64,000 bases of DNA from positions 1,047-65,046 of the forward strand of contig JAOZHP010000110.1 in assembly GCA_026014815.1 (NCBI GenBank), given 5' to 3'. The stretch's first letter is position 1; every line of letters starts with the position of its first letter. The notes beneath the pieces were generated by a model that was not told the origin of the DNA, made no database searches, and saw nothing but the letters and a program-made list of their open reading frames with translations. Shown piece after piece: positions 28,897 to 38,230 of the stretch. The translations under genes and the position numbers were made by a program. The stretch comes from Candidatus Bathyarchaeota archaeon (lineage in GTDB: Archaea; Thermoproteota; Bathyarchaeia; TCS64).

Positions 28897-29009
28897 TAAT
28901 AACACCATACTTTAACATCCAAAGCCAACATTCAATTATTTTTTAAATCTGGCAAACCCTCTTAGAAGTTTTACATAAAAAGTTTTACGAAATAAATTCT
29001 ATGAATAAA

Positions 29010-29294
29010 TTATTTGATTTTAACATTTTTCATGTTTCTCAGTTCATCAGCAAATCCATCTATTTGTTCAATTATCTTCTCAATATATTCTCTGATGTAA
29101 TCTATTCCCTGAATAGGCGGAAGTTCATCAACTGTCTCGATTGTAAACGAAAACTTCCCTGACTCAATGAGAGCGTCAATCTCAGCAGCTCTTTCTGGAT
29201 CAATATACGTTAGTTCATCATAAGCTAATTTAAGTGATTCAAGAGAAATATCTACTAACCTAGATAATCTCTCAATCAAATGGTTCTCAGTCAT
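29010..29294 (-). CDS. Hypothetical acidic protein
   Basis: ORF track only. Confidence 0.3.
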   Translation of the reverse strand: MTENHLIERLSRLVDISLESLKLAYDELTYIDPERAAEIDALIESGKFSFTIETVDELPPIQGIDYIREYIEKIIEQIDGFADELRNMKNVKIK

Positions 29295-29544
29295 CTCATT
29301 TCCTCTTTCTAACTATCTTGCAATCAGCATAGTCTGATACATATTCATATCTTTTACTTAATGCATTTATGTAATCATTCAAATCGTATATACCTTAACC
29401 AGATAATTATCATCAGGCTCCTCATCCAATAAATGAATGTAAACTATAGTATTTTGGGTATTGACATGTTAACCTACTATTTCGCTACCAGAGAACGGGT
29501 AGCTCTTTTTTTTCAAGATTCCCAGATACAAAGTACAAAAAATA

Positions 29545-29605
29545 TTTTTTTCTCAATATTACAGGTTACTTGAAGCGAAAATAATGGTGCGGAGGGTGGG
29601 ACTCG
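29545..29605. repeat. Proximal att-like direct repeat (the 3' end of tRNA-Leu plus its flank)
   Basis: See 26933-26993. Confidence 0.7.
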
Positions 29606-29670
29606 AACCCACGAAGGACTAGTCCATCAGGACCTGAACCTGACCCCTTTGACCACTTGGGAACCCCCGC
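29585..29670 (-). tRNA. tRNA-Leu (anticodon CAG), encoded CCA, long variable arm
   Basis: Hand-folded cloverleaf GCGGGGG/CCUCCGC acceptor, anticodon loop UUCAGGU, variable stem GGAC/GUCC, T-arm GUGGGUUCGAGUCCCAC. Confidence 0.9.
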
Positions 29671-29687
29671 AACGAAAAATAATGTGA

Positions 29688-30104
29688 TTAGAGAGTCGCC
29701 ATAAACTCCTTGTACGCAGCGGCATCCATCAGGTTACCAAGATCCGCGTCCAAGCTACTAGGCTCAACCTTAACGATCCAGCCCTCACCGTAAGGATCAT
29801 TATTAATCTTCTCGGGGCTGTCCAGCAGGCTCTCATTCACCTCAACCACCTTGCCAGCCACAGGGCTGTAAAGATCACTGACGGCTTTAACGGACTCCAC
29901 GGCTCCCAGGGCCTCGCCCTGACCTACCTCGGCGTCCATATCGGGTAGCTCAACGTACACTATCTCATGGAGCTGTCCCTGAGCGTAGTCATCGATACCA
30001 ATCAAGACCATGCCACCGTCTACCTTCGCCCACTCATGCTCCTTAGTGTAGTAGAACCCTTCCTCAACTTTGTACTCGTCGGTCATTTCTTTTCCCTCTT
30101 CCAA
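29688..30104 (-). CDS. gcvH: Glycine cleavage system H protein
   Basis: Lipoyl-lysine motif ESVKAVSD. Confidence 0.9.
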   Translation of the reverse strand: MEEGKEMTDEYKVEEGFYYTKEHEWAKVDGGMVLIGIDDYAQGQLHEIVYVELPDMDAEVGQGEALGAVESVKAVSDLYSPVAGKVVEVNESLLDSPEKINNDPYGEGWIVKVEPSSLDADLGNLMDAAAYKEFMATL

Positions 30105-31213
30105 CCGTACACGGAATCATCATAGAAGGGTCGATGCTTAACTACTTTTCCCTTAACAAACTTATTCCTAATCTTGATGTAAAGCTCAGTACCCTTAGCC
30201 TTAAACTCTGGAGGCACGTACGCCAATGCAATACCTTTACCCAGAGTAGGACTCATCCCACCGCTGGTTACGACGCCAATCAGGTTCTCCTCCATGTCCA
30301 TAACCTCGTAGCCATGCCGCGGGATACCACGCTCCTCCATCATAACACCCACAAGAGTCTTCTTGACGCCCTCATCCTTCATACTCTGGATGGCGCGACG
30401 CCCAACGAAGTAACCAGGCTTTTTAAGCTTCACCGTCCACCTGAGACCCGCCTCAAGGGGGTTAATGGACTCATCAATATCGTTCCCATATAGCCATAAA
30501 CCAGCCTCCAGCCGTGTACTGTCCCTCGCTCCCAGACCACAAGGCACAGCCCCTGCACCCACCAAATCGTTCCAGATCTTAAGAGCCTTCTCAGGGTTAT
30601 CCAGAGAACAATCCAGCACGAAAACCTCGAACCCATCCTCACCAGTATAACCAGTCCGACCAGCCAACACCTTGTATCCACTAATTGTAAGGTCAGCGAT
30701 CCCGAAACGAGGAACCTCACCAATATTCTCCTCAGTGATCTTCTGCAATACATCAACGGCCTTCGGGCCCTGTACCGCAATCATTCCGACGCCGTCGCTT
30801 ACATCATTCAACTTGACTTTGAAGTCCTTGCTGTTCTTTTTAAGCCACTTAAAGTCCTTCTCCCTGTTTGAAGCATTGTAGACGAGTAGATACTTTTCAG
30901 TACTGAACTTGTACAGAATGAGGTCATCAACTATGCCTCCAGTGGGCTTACACATAACAGTGTACAGGCCGCCATATGGCTCCAGCTTGCTAACATTGTT
31001 TGTGACCACATAGTTGAGGAACTTCTCGGCTTCCGGTCCCTCAGCCCATGTCCTACCCATGTGGCTGGTATCAAAGATACCGCATCCTTCTCTGACCGCT
31101 TTATGCTCTACCTGAATGCCGTCATACCATACGGGCATAGCGAACCCACCGAAATCCACGACGTTACCATGTTCGGCGTGATACTCGTAGATATGAGTCT
31201 TCTTTAATTCCAA
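30083..31213 (-). CDS. gcvT: Glycine cleavage system T protein (aminomethyltransferase)
   Basis: 376 aa with the GcvT folate-binding core. Overlaps gcvH. Confidence 0.9.
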   Translation of the reverse strand: MELKKTHIYEYHAEHGNVVDFGGFAMPVWYDGIQVEHKAVREGCGIFDTSHMGRTWAEGPEAEKFLNYVVTNNVSKLEPYGGLYTVMCKPTGGIVDDLILYKFSTEKYLLVYNASNREKDFKWLKKNSKDFKVKLNDVSDGVGMIAVQGPKAVDVLQKITEENIGEVPRFGIADLTISGYKVLAGRTGYTGEDGFEVFVLDCSLDNPEKALKIWNDLVGAGAVPCGLGARDSTRLEAGLWLYGNDIDESINPLEAGLRWTVKLKKPGYFVGRRAIQSMKDEGVKKTLVGVMMEERGIPRHGYEVMDMEENLIGVVTSGGMSPTLGKGIALAYVPPEFKAKGTELYIKIRNKFVKGKVVKHRPFYDDSVYGWKREKK

Positions 31214-31269
31214 ATGAATTACCGGTATGAAGTCTCACGGTACTCAGTTAAATCTATTGTTTGAGAAGG

Positions 31270-31494
31270 TTACTTGGACTCGAAGGGCTGAACCTTCACG
31301 GCGTTTGTCATAAAACTCAGCTCTTTTTTGCATTTGGGGCAAACCCCCTCAAACTTCTTGATAACATCCTGTGGAGACTTCAAAAGATCGCCCTCGTACA
31401 GAACCTCCCCGCACTCTCTGCAATTAATCTTCTGTGGCATGTGTCTACCTCGGCACCATGACATACTGAAACTTCGCTTTATAAACTTCATCAT
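31270..31494 (-). CDS. Small zinc-ribbon protein. True start is probably the internal Met (MPQKINCRECG...).
   Basis: CRECG...CPKCK pattern. Confidence 0.4.
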   Translation of the reverse strand: MMKFIKRSFSMSWCRGRHMPQKINCRECGEVLYEGDLLKSPQDVIKKFEGVCPKCKKELSFMTNAVKVQPFESK

Positions 31495-31529
31495 TTATCG
31501 GCACATGAAAACGCCTAAAGGATTATATC

Positions 31530-31976
31530 TTGAACTTGGTACCTATTCCGCTGGAGGAATCCGGGATATCATCCAAAAGCAAGAGACCAAGAAAAAAACG
31601 TGGCTCAGGCAAAAAAAGCAAGACCTGGAAGATACCCAGCAACGTCCTAACTATCGGTGTAGTGCTTTTCTGCTTATTCATAGTCAGTGGTGGATTCTAC
31701 AACATCCTAGAGAAGCCGCCAGCCGTCCTCCCAGTGGGTAACACTTTTATCACGCTTCACCCGTACTTCACGGACCAGACGGTCTATGAGAGTGTCTTCG
31801 TGTTTCTCACAAATGGCGCAGCCTTCATAGGTCTATGGCTGAGCTACAAGGCAACACAGGTCGTCTACGATAAAGATAAGGCTAACAGGTACCTGGTGTT
31901 CGGCATCGGGTTCGCCCTCCTCGGAGTCTCAGGTCTGTACCTGATTATAAACATGAAGCGAGCAATCCTAGGCTAA
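31530..31976 (+). CDS. Hypothetical membrane protein with a basic N-terminus and 3-4 TM helices
   Basis: ORF track; hydrophobic segments. Confidence 0.4.
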   Translation: MNLVPIPLEESGISSKSKRPRKKRGSGKKSKTWKIPSNVLTIGVVLFCLFIVSGGFYNILEKPPAVLPVGNTFITLHPYFTDQTVYESVFVFLTNGAAFIGLWLSYKATQVVYDKDKANRYLVFGIGFALLGVSGLYLIINMKRAILG

Positions 31977-32020
31977 CGAAACTGTTTAGAGGCTAATCGC
32001 CTCTTACTTCTTGAATTAAT

Positions 32021-32908
32021 TTGAAGCGCATAGGATTCATAGGGCTAGGTCTCATGGGCACAGGAATGTCCAAGAACCTTGTCAAAGCAGGATACCAAGT
32101 CACCGTCTGGAACAGGACCGAAGCAAAAGTAAAACCGGTAGTTGAGGCAGGAGCCACTGCAGCCAAGACTCCAAAAGAGGTTGCAGAGAACGCGGATGTG
32201 GTAATCACCATCGTCACAGACAGCCCAGATGTAGAGCAAGTGCTATTAGGACCCGATGGAGCCATCCACGGCGCCAAGAAAGATGACGTATTCATCGACA
32301 TGAGCACCATCAGCCCCATCGCAACCATGAAGATCGCTGAAAAACTCTCAGAGAAGGGAATAGAAATGCTAGACGCACCAGTAAGCGGCGGGGTCATCGG
32401 AGCAAACAACGGCACCCTCAGCATAATGGTGGGAGGTAAGAAGAAGGTCTTCGAAGAGAACCTACCCATCCTGGAAGCCATGGGCAAGACCATCATTTAC
32501 ATCGGTGGCAACGGCGATGGACAGGTCTGCAAAGCAGTGAACCAGATACTAGTCGGCACAGCCATGCTTGGAGTAGCGGAGGCACTGGTCTTCGCCGCCA
32601 AGGCAGGCGTAGACGTAGCGAAAGTACATCAAGCCGTGTCAGGGGGCGCAGCTGGAGGATGGCAGCTAACCAACAACGGCGGCAGACTCCTCAAGGGCGA
32701 CATGAACCCTGGGTTCAAGATCAAGGACTACCTCAAGGACCTAGGAATCATCATGGAGACAGCAGCAGCAAACAAGATGCCGCTACCAGCCACAAGCCTC
32801 GTGCTACAAATGTATAGACACTGCCAAGCCGAGAACATGCTGGACAATGGCACACAGGCCGTTAGTAAAGCAGTTGAGAAGCTAGCTGGAAAAACTATCC
32901 TAGGGTAA
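32021..32908 (+). CDS. NAD(P)-dependent 3-hydroxyisobutyrate/2-hydroxy-3-oxopropionate dehydrogenase family
   Basis: N-terminal IGFIGLGLMG Rossmann motif and a 6PGDH-like C-terminal domain. Confidence 0.8.
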   Translation: MKRIGFIGLGLMGTGMSKNLVKAGYQVTVWNRTEAKVKPVVEAGATAAKTPKEVAENADVVITIVTDSPDVEQVLLGPDGAIHGAKKDDVFIDMSTISPIATMKIAEKLSEKGIEMLDAPVSGGVIGANNGTLSIMVGGKKKVFEENLPILEAMGKTIIYIGGNGDGQVCKAVNQILVGTAMLGVAEALVFAAKAGVDVAKVHQAVSGGAAGGWQLTNNGGRLLKGDMNPGFKIKDYLKDLGIIMETAAANKMPLPATSLVLQMYRHCQAENMLDNGTQAVSKAVEKLAGKTILG

Positions 32909-32977
32909 GCCCTCCTCACAACTTTATTCTTTTTTTCATTACCTACAGCGCGGTTTTTTCATCGAGTTGCTGAGAAG

Positions 32978-33094
32978 TGGTCCCGCCCGCAGGAGTTGAA
33001 CCTGCAACCCTCCGGTGTCTGCTCATGGTCTGATTGCCACTGCCCCGCGGGGCGATGACTACAGCCGGATGCTCTGCCATTGAGCTAGGGCGGG
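32978..33094 (-). tRNA. tRNA-Tyr (anticodon GUA) with a 42-nt intron after position 37, a C1-G72 pair, and encoded CCA
   Basis: Hand fold: acceptor CCCGCCC/GGGCGGG, D-arm GCUCAAUGGCAGAGC, anticodon stem UCCGG/CCGGA, loop CUGUAG[intron]A, T-arm GCAGGUUCAACUCCUGC, discriminator A. Confidence 0.8.
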
Positions 33095-33257
33095 CGGGAC
33101 ACCGAGAAGTGATATAGAAACCCAAATTTAAGAGATTTGGTCAGCCTGACCTAGCCAACATGGATTAAGAGTCTATACTAGTTTTACCAAACATTACTCT
33201 GAATCGAGGCTCCGCAAATGATATCCTCCAATATAGCTAGAAACGTTCAGGAGCCGT

Positions 33258-33668
33258 GTGAATGTGTCACTCCGTGTAGAAGACGTAATGATAACAGACG
33301 TTATCACCATCAAGGCAGATTACCCTGTAAAGTACGCTGACAGCCTCATGAAGTACTTCGGTATTGACTGCCTCGTCGTCATGGAGGACAACCAGCCCAT
33401 TGGTATTATTACTGACAACGACATCGTACGAAAAGTCTACACGAATAACGATGACCCTCACCTAGTTTTTGTTAAAGAAGTAATGACTGAACCTATTCTA
33501 TGGGTGACCCCTGAGACCCCACTCAACGAGGCAGTGGAAACAATGGTGGGAAAGAACATCAAGCGTCTACCAGTTATTGGGAACCTATCAAATGGACCTG
33601 TCCTACTTGGACTTATCTCAAGGAAAGTGACAGAGCGATCCATCGAGGAAATAGTGTTCTCGAAATAA
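33258..33668 (+). CDS. CBS-domain pair protein
   Basis: Two CBS motifs. Confidence 0.8.
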   Translation: MNVSLRVEDVMITDVITIKADYPVKYADSLMKYFGIDCLVVMEDNQPIGIITDNDIVRKVYTNNDDPHLVFVKEVMTEPILWVTPETPLNEAVETMVGKNIKRLPVIGNLSNGPVLLGLISRKVTERSIEEIVFSK

Positions 33669-33704
33669 TCTTTTAACCGTATTTAAATCCGGGTGGAAGC
33701 CCTA

Positions 33705-34787
33705 CTACCCGAAGGTCCAAGAGATGCCTTCCCTGTAAGGCGGTTTTATTATTCCTCTGTCCGTGATGAAGGCCGTGATATACTTTGCAGGAGTCACGTC
33801 GAACGCAGGGTTTCTTGCGATGGTTCCTTCACGCGTGATCATGACCCTCGTGGGTTCTCCAGCTTCGTCTACGCCCCACATCATGGTAACCTCCTCCGAG
33901 TCACGTTCCTCGATCTCGACATCGTCACCAGTAGGAGTTTCCAAGTCAAAAGTCATTCCCGGAGCTGCCACATAGAAAGGAATATTGTTCTCGTAGGCGA
34001 GAACTGCTTTCTCGTAGGTACCTATCTTGTTGACCACGTCACCGTTGGCTGTGACCCTGTCAGCCCCCACGATAACCATGTCAACCTCACCACGCCTCAT
34101 ATAATAACCAGCGGCGTTGTCCACAATCACAGAGTAGGGAATGCCCTCCTGCTGCATCTCCCATGCAGTAAGGCGGGAACCCTGACACCTTGGACGAGTT
34201 TCATCTACCCATACGAAAACCTTCTTCCCTTCCCTGTGAGCGTAACGGATGGGACTCAAAGCGGTTCCATGATCAGTGAAAGCCAACGCGCCTGCGTTAC
34301 AATGAGTAAGTATCCTGAACCCGTCCTCGATGAGCCTTGCACCAGACTCACCCATTGCCAGTGACGCCTTCAGGTCCTCGTTAGCAATATTATCTGCCTC
34401 CTTGATTAAACGTTCAAGCCTGTACTCTTTATCTCCCCACCCAGCGGCGACGAGGCAACGATCCACCGCTTTGAAAAGGTTTACTGCCGTGGGTCTCGTC
34501 GTTTTTATCGTCTCAGCTGCATTGTTCAGATACTCCATGAACTCATGGAAAGGCAGGTCCTTGGCCTCCAGAGCTGCTTGAGCCATGCCGAAACCAGCAG
34601 CACATCCTATGGCTCCCGCGCCTCGCGTCACCATGGTCTTGATTGCTTTCGCGGTTTCCTTATGGTTCTTAAGTGAGATTATCTCGAACTTGTGCGGTAA
34701 CTTACGCTGGTCGATCATCCAGACGGTGCTGTCTTCCCTCCACAGGGTCTTTACGTCCCTTGTCTCGCCGTCGATCTTGACCTTCAT
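33705..34787 (-). CDS. eIF-2B alpha/beta/delta family protein (MtnA / ribose-1,5-bisphosphate isomerase-like)
   Basis: 360 aa with the conserved GAGAIG...VIVGADRV pattern of the family. Confidence 0.75.
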   Translation of the reverse strand: MKVKIDGETRDVKTLWREDSTVWMIDQRKLPHKFEIISLKNHKETAKAIKTMVTRGAGAIGCAAGFGMAQAALEAKDLPFHEFMEYLNNAAETIKTTRPTAVNLFKAVDRCLVAAGWGDKEYRLERLIKEADNIANEDLKASLAMGESGARLIEDGFRILTHCNAGALAFTDHGTALSPIRYAHREGKKVFVWVDETRPRCQGSRLTAWEMQQEGIPYSVIVDNAAGYYMRRGEVDMVIVGADRVTANGDVVNKIGTYEKAVLAYENNIPFYVAAPGMTFDLETPTGDDVEIEERDSEEVTMMWGVDEAGEPTRVMITREGTIARNPAFDVTPAKYITAFITDRGIIKPPYREGISWTFG

Positions 34788-34823
34788 CGCTGACAGAAGA
34801 GGTGCTCCCCACTAAAAAAGAGA

Positions 34824-35495
34824 TTACTTCAGTACCTTGCCGGTTTTCCTGTACCATAAGTAGAGGTCTAGCTCACCTGGAAGCATATTCAGCATTTTGG
34901 CAACCTTGTCGAGGGTCTCCTCGTACTGGAAGTAACGCTTCTTAGTGATACTTTTCCTGCCTTCCTCGCCGATGAGTCCATGTTCCATCAGGTTGCTGAT
35001 GATATGTCGATCAATTATCGCCAAGTCAAAGTACCCTACGTTTCTCAGGTAATGACTGCCCTCTTTCCATCCAATGCCCTTCACGTTCTCTACCAACCAG
35101 ACTCTTGCTTCACGTGAGTCCTTGAAGCCCTGAATAGTAGACTTCAGTAAAGGTGCAAGGTGTCTCGTGTTATTGATGTACTCAGCACGGACATTCGGAA
35201 ACCTGTGGCCCTGTTCTTTCAGGCATGAGCGGATGTCTTCAAGCTCTCCCTCACGAATTATGTTGTCACAACAGAGGGCGTCCACACATTTCTGGCCCAT
35301 GAGAGCGCTGGCGTTCGCCGTTAGAAGACAGTAGACTAGCTCCTCGTACCATTTCTGAGTGTCTTGTTCGTGAACCCACCTGAACTCTCTCATCCTTTCC
35401 TCAACCATCTTTTGCACTCGGGGATTATTGGTGAGGTCTCTCACCTTTTCAGCCATTGAAACTATTCCAGGGTGCTCGTTGAGAGTGGAATGCAT
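34824..35495 (-). CDS. ogg: Archaeal 8-oxoguanine DNA glycosylase/AP lyase (Ogg2-like, HhH-GPD fold)
   Basis: Family-like length and sequence pattern. Confidence 0.5.
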   Translation of the reverse strand: MHSTLNEHPGIVSMAEKVRDLTNNPRVQKMVEERMREFRWVHEQDTQKWYEELVYCLLTANASALMGQKCVDALCCDNIIREGELEDIRSCLKEQGHRFPNVRAEYINNTRHLAPLLKSTIQGFKDSREARVWLVENVKGIGWKEGSHYLRNVGYFDLAIIDRHIISNLMEHGLIGEEGRKSITKKRYFQYEETLDKVAKMLNMLPGELDLYLWYRKTGKVLK

Positions 35496-35545
35496 TGTGG
35501 ATTTTCTGATGCGGCTTCATTTAAACTCAATTAATCTCATTTGCT

Positions 35546-36112
35546 GTGAGAATCGTTTTTTATGAATGTCATAGGCTATACCTCAACATGACTTCCGGTA
35601 GCCCTAGCGAGAAGTATGAGAATTCTGAGGTCAAGTGTCGCGCCCTAAAGAAGATACCAAGATTGCAGACTCTAGGACTGAACCTCCCTGAGGTGGAGGA
35701 GGGAAACGAGTTCACTGCATATTTCTGGGTCGCAAGGGAGCTAGTGAACGCGGGACTCGCCGCTTACACAGAGGACGCTATCAACCCAACGGAATGGACA
35801 CAGATACACTTCAAGGAAAGACTCAACCCAGCGGGCCCACCAAGTCCGTTGCTGGATAACTTCTATGAGAGGGCCTACGTGAGCTTCATCCAAGCCGAGG
35901 ATGACGCTGAGCGAGTCAGTAACCTCAACAGGATGAGGGCAAGGTACCGTGATGTAGTAGAGTCAAGAATAGGAAGAATCACTAGGTTAGCGTCATCGGA
36001 GGCAGTTTCGCCCACCCGTCCACTACAACCGGAGGAGACCAAGTTATATGAGGCGCTGCATCGCTTCATCTCGGCTTGGCGCGGGGAAATGCGTGAGTTA
36101 GGAGAGGAATAG
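35546..36112 (+). CDS. GINS subunit-like protein (tentative), directly upstream of mcm
   Basis: Position 1 nt before mcm and a GINS-like alpha-helical motif (FWVARELVNAGLAAY). Confidence 0.4.
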   Translation: MRIVFYECHRLYLNMTSGSPSEKYENSEVKCRALKKIPRLQTLGLNLPEVEEGNEFTAYFWVARELVNAGLAAYTEDAINPTEWTQIHFKERLNPAGPPSPLLDNFYERAYVSFIQAEDDAERVSNLNRMRARYRDVVESRIGRITRLASSEAVSPTRPLQPEETKLYEALHRFISAWRGEMRELGEE

Positions 36113-38158
36113 TTGGCTAGATTAGAGACTCAGGAAGAGTCATTCACACGATTCATCGAGGACTTCCTTGACGAAAATGACAAGCTCAAATACGACCAAG
36201 CCATCAGCGAGATGCCGGTCAAAGGCACCAAGAGCCTAGTCATCGACCTTACAGACCTTTACAGCTATGACATGGACCTCATGAGAAGTATACTAGATGA
36301 CCCCGAGTCTATCTTGTCTACCTTAAGCTCCGTCGTAAGGTCAAAGCTCCGAACCAGAGACCCCATCTATGCTGAGAGCCTCAAAAGGATCAACATCAGG
36401 TTCAGGAACCTTCCTCACGAAACAGCTCTCAGAAAGATTGGAAGTGACAACGTGAGCAAACTCATCATGGTCAACGGCATAATCGTCCGTGCGTCATCCA
36501 TCACACCCCTAGTCATGAAAGCTACCTTCAGGTGCCCAGTATGCGGGGAGATGAACCATGTAGAGCAGAGCGGCCAGACATTACATAAGCCACAAAAGTG
36601 CATCGCCTGCGATAACAGGAAAAACTTCGAGTTGGTTCCAAAGGAATCCGTGTTCATCGACAGCCAGAGCGTCACAATCCAAGAACGTCCCGAGGATCTA
36701 CCACCAGGACAGCTTCCCAGATCTGTGAACGTCGAACTCAAGGACGACATAGTAGATATTGCCAGGCCGGGGGACAGGATACAGCTAACTGGCTTCATCA
36801 GGCTACTGCCAAGGTACGGTCGAGGCGGGGAACTCAGGACATTCGACCTAATGGTAGACGCCAGTCACACTGATGTTAGTGGCAGGGAGATGGACCTCAT
36901 CGAGCTCAGCCCCGAGGACAAAGAGAAGATACTTGAGGTAGCCAGAGACCCATGGGTCCACCAGAAACTGTTGAGCAGCATAGCCCCCAGCATCTACGGC
37001 AACGACCACATCAAGGAAGCCACTCTATATCTGCTCCTCGGTGGAGTCTCCAAGGAACTTGAGGACATGAGGATTAGGGGCGACATCAACGTCCTCCTCG
37101 TAGGTGACCCAGGTACAGCAAAAAGCCAGATGCTTGGCTTTGCCGCCAAGGCAGCTCCAAGAGGCCTCATGACCACCGGCAGGGGAAGCTCCGCTGCAGG
37201 ACTCACGGCTGCCGTCGTCAAGGAAGGAGGAACAGGCAGCTTCATGCTAGAAGCAGGAGCACTGGTCCTCGCAGACAAAGGAATATGCTGCATCGACGAG
37301 ATCGATAAGATGAGAGACGAGGATAGAGGCGCGATACACCCAGCCATGGAGCAACAGATAGTGCCCATCGCCAAAGGAGGCATCGTAGCGACGCTGAACG
37401 CCAGAACTAGCATCTTCGCCGCCGCGAACCCAGCGCTAGGCAGATATAATCCCTACCAGACTATCGCTCAGAACATCACTCTCCCTGTCACTATGCTCAG
37501 TAGGTTCGACCTCATATTCATACTCAAGGATCAGCCTGATATACAGAAGGACACGGAGATCGCCGAGCACATCCTTGGCATCCATAAGACCCAGTCATCT
37601 CATGATGTGCCGCTGAGACTAGAGTTCCTCAAAAAGTACATCAGCTACGCCAAGACAATCAACCCAAGGATCACAGACGAAGTCATTGTACGGTTCCGTG
37701 ACTTTTACGTGAAGATGAGGAGCGCCAGCATAGAGGGAGGCGAAGCGTCAGCTGTAGCCATCACAGCGCGTCAACTGGAGAGCCTAGTCAGGATGGCTGA
37801 GGCAAGAGCACGAGCCCACCTCAGGGAGGAGATCACTGTCGAGGACGCCGAGGCCGTACAGAACCTGATGCAGAAAAGCCTTGAGCAAGTCGGAATCGAC
37901 ATAACAACAGGTCAGATAGATATCGACATCCTGTATACAGGTAAGCCTCGTAGCCTGCAAAACCAGTTGCAGAAGGTGCTACAGGTTTTGAGCGAGATGG
38001 AGAGGCTTAGCGGATCAGTCAGAGACGACGACCTGTACGATGCTATGCAGAGCGACCATGGTATCAACAGGTCCGAGTCCGCGAAACTAATAGGAGTACT
38101 AATGAAGGACGGGACAATCTACTCGCCGAGGCCAGGGTACTATAAGCGCACCTCATAG
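36113..38158 (+). CDS. mcm: MCM replicative helicase
   Basis: Zinc-finger CPVCG...C, Walker A GDPGTAKSQ, Walker B CIDEIDKM, arginine finger SRFD. Confidence 0.95.
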   Translation: MARLETQEESFTRFIEDFLDENDKLKYDQAISEMPVKGTKSLVIDLTDLYSYDMDLMRSILDDPESILSTLSSVVRSKLRTRDPIYAESLKRINIRFRNLPHETALRKIGSDNVSKLIMVNGIIVRASSITPLVMKATFRCPVCGEMNHVEQSGQTLHKPQKCIACDNRKNFELVPKESVFIDSQSVTIQERPEDLPPGQLPRSVNVELKDDIVDIARPGDRIQLTGFIRLLPRYGRGGELRTFDLMVDASHTDVSGREMDLIELSPEDKEKILEVARDPWVHQKLLSSIAPSIYGNDHIKEATLYLLLGGVSKELEDMRIRGDINVLLVGDPGTAKSQMLGFAAKAAPRGLMTTGRGSSAAGLTAAVVKEGGTGSFMLEAGALVLADKGICCIDEIDKMRDEDRGAIHPAMEQQIVPIAKGGIVATLNARTSIFAAANPALGRYNPYQTIAQNITLPVTMLSRFDLIFILKDQPDIQKDTEIAEHILGIHKTQSSHDVPLRLEFLKKYISYAKTINPRITDEVIVRFRDFYVKMRSASIEGGEASAVAITARQLESLVRMAEARARAHLREEITVEDAEAVQNLMQKSLEQVGIDITTGQIDIDILYTGKPRSLQNQLQKVLQVLSEMERLSGSVRDDDLYDAMQSDHGINRSESAKLIGVLMKDGTIYSPRPGYYKRTS

Positions 38159-38230
38159 CCCCATTTTTACCTACCCCCCTCACACATTTTTGTCGTTCAG
38201 CTTTTTATTTAAACAATTTACATTGTTGAT

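Noticed and set aside
32943-33125. 60-aa minus-strand ORF
   Set aside because: Lies entirely over tRNA-Tyr and its intron; an artefact of GC-rich tRNA sequence.
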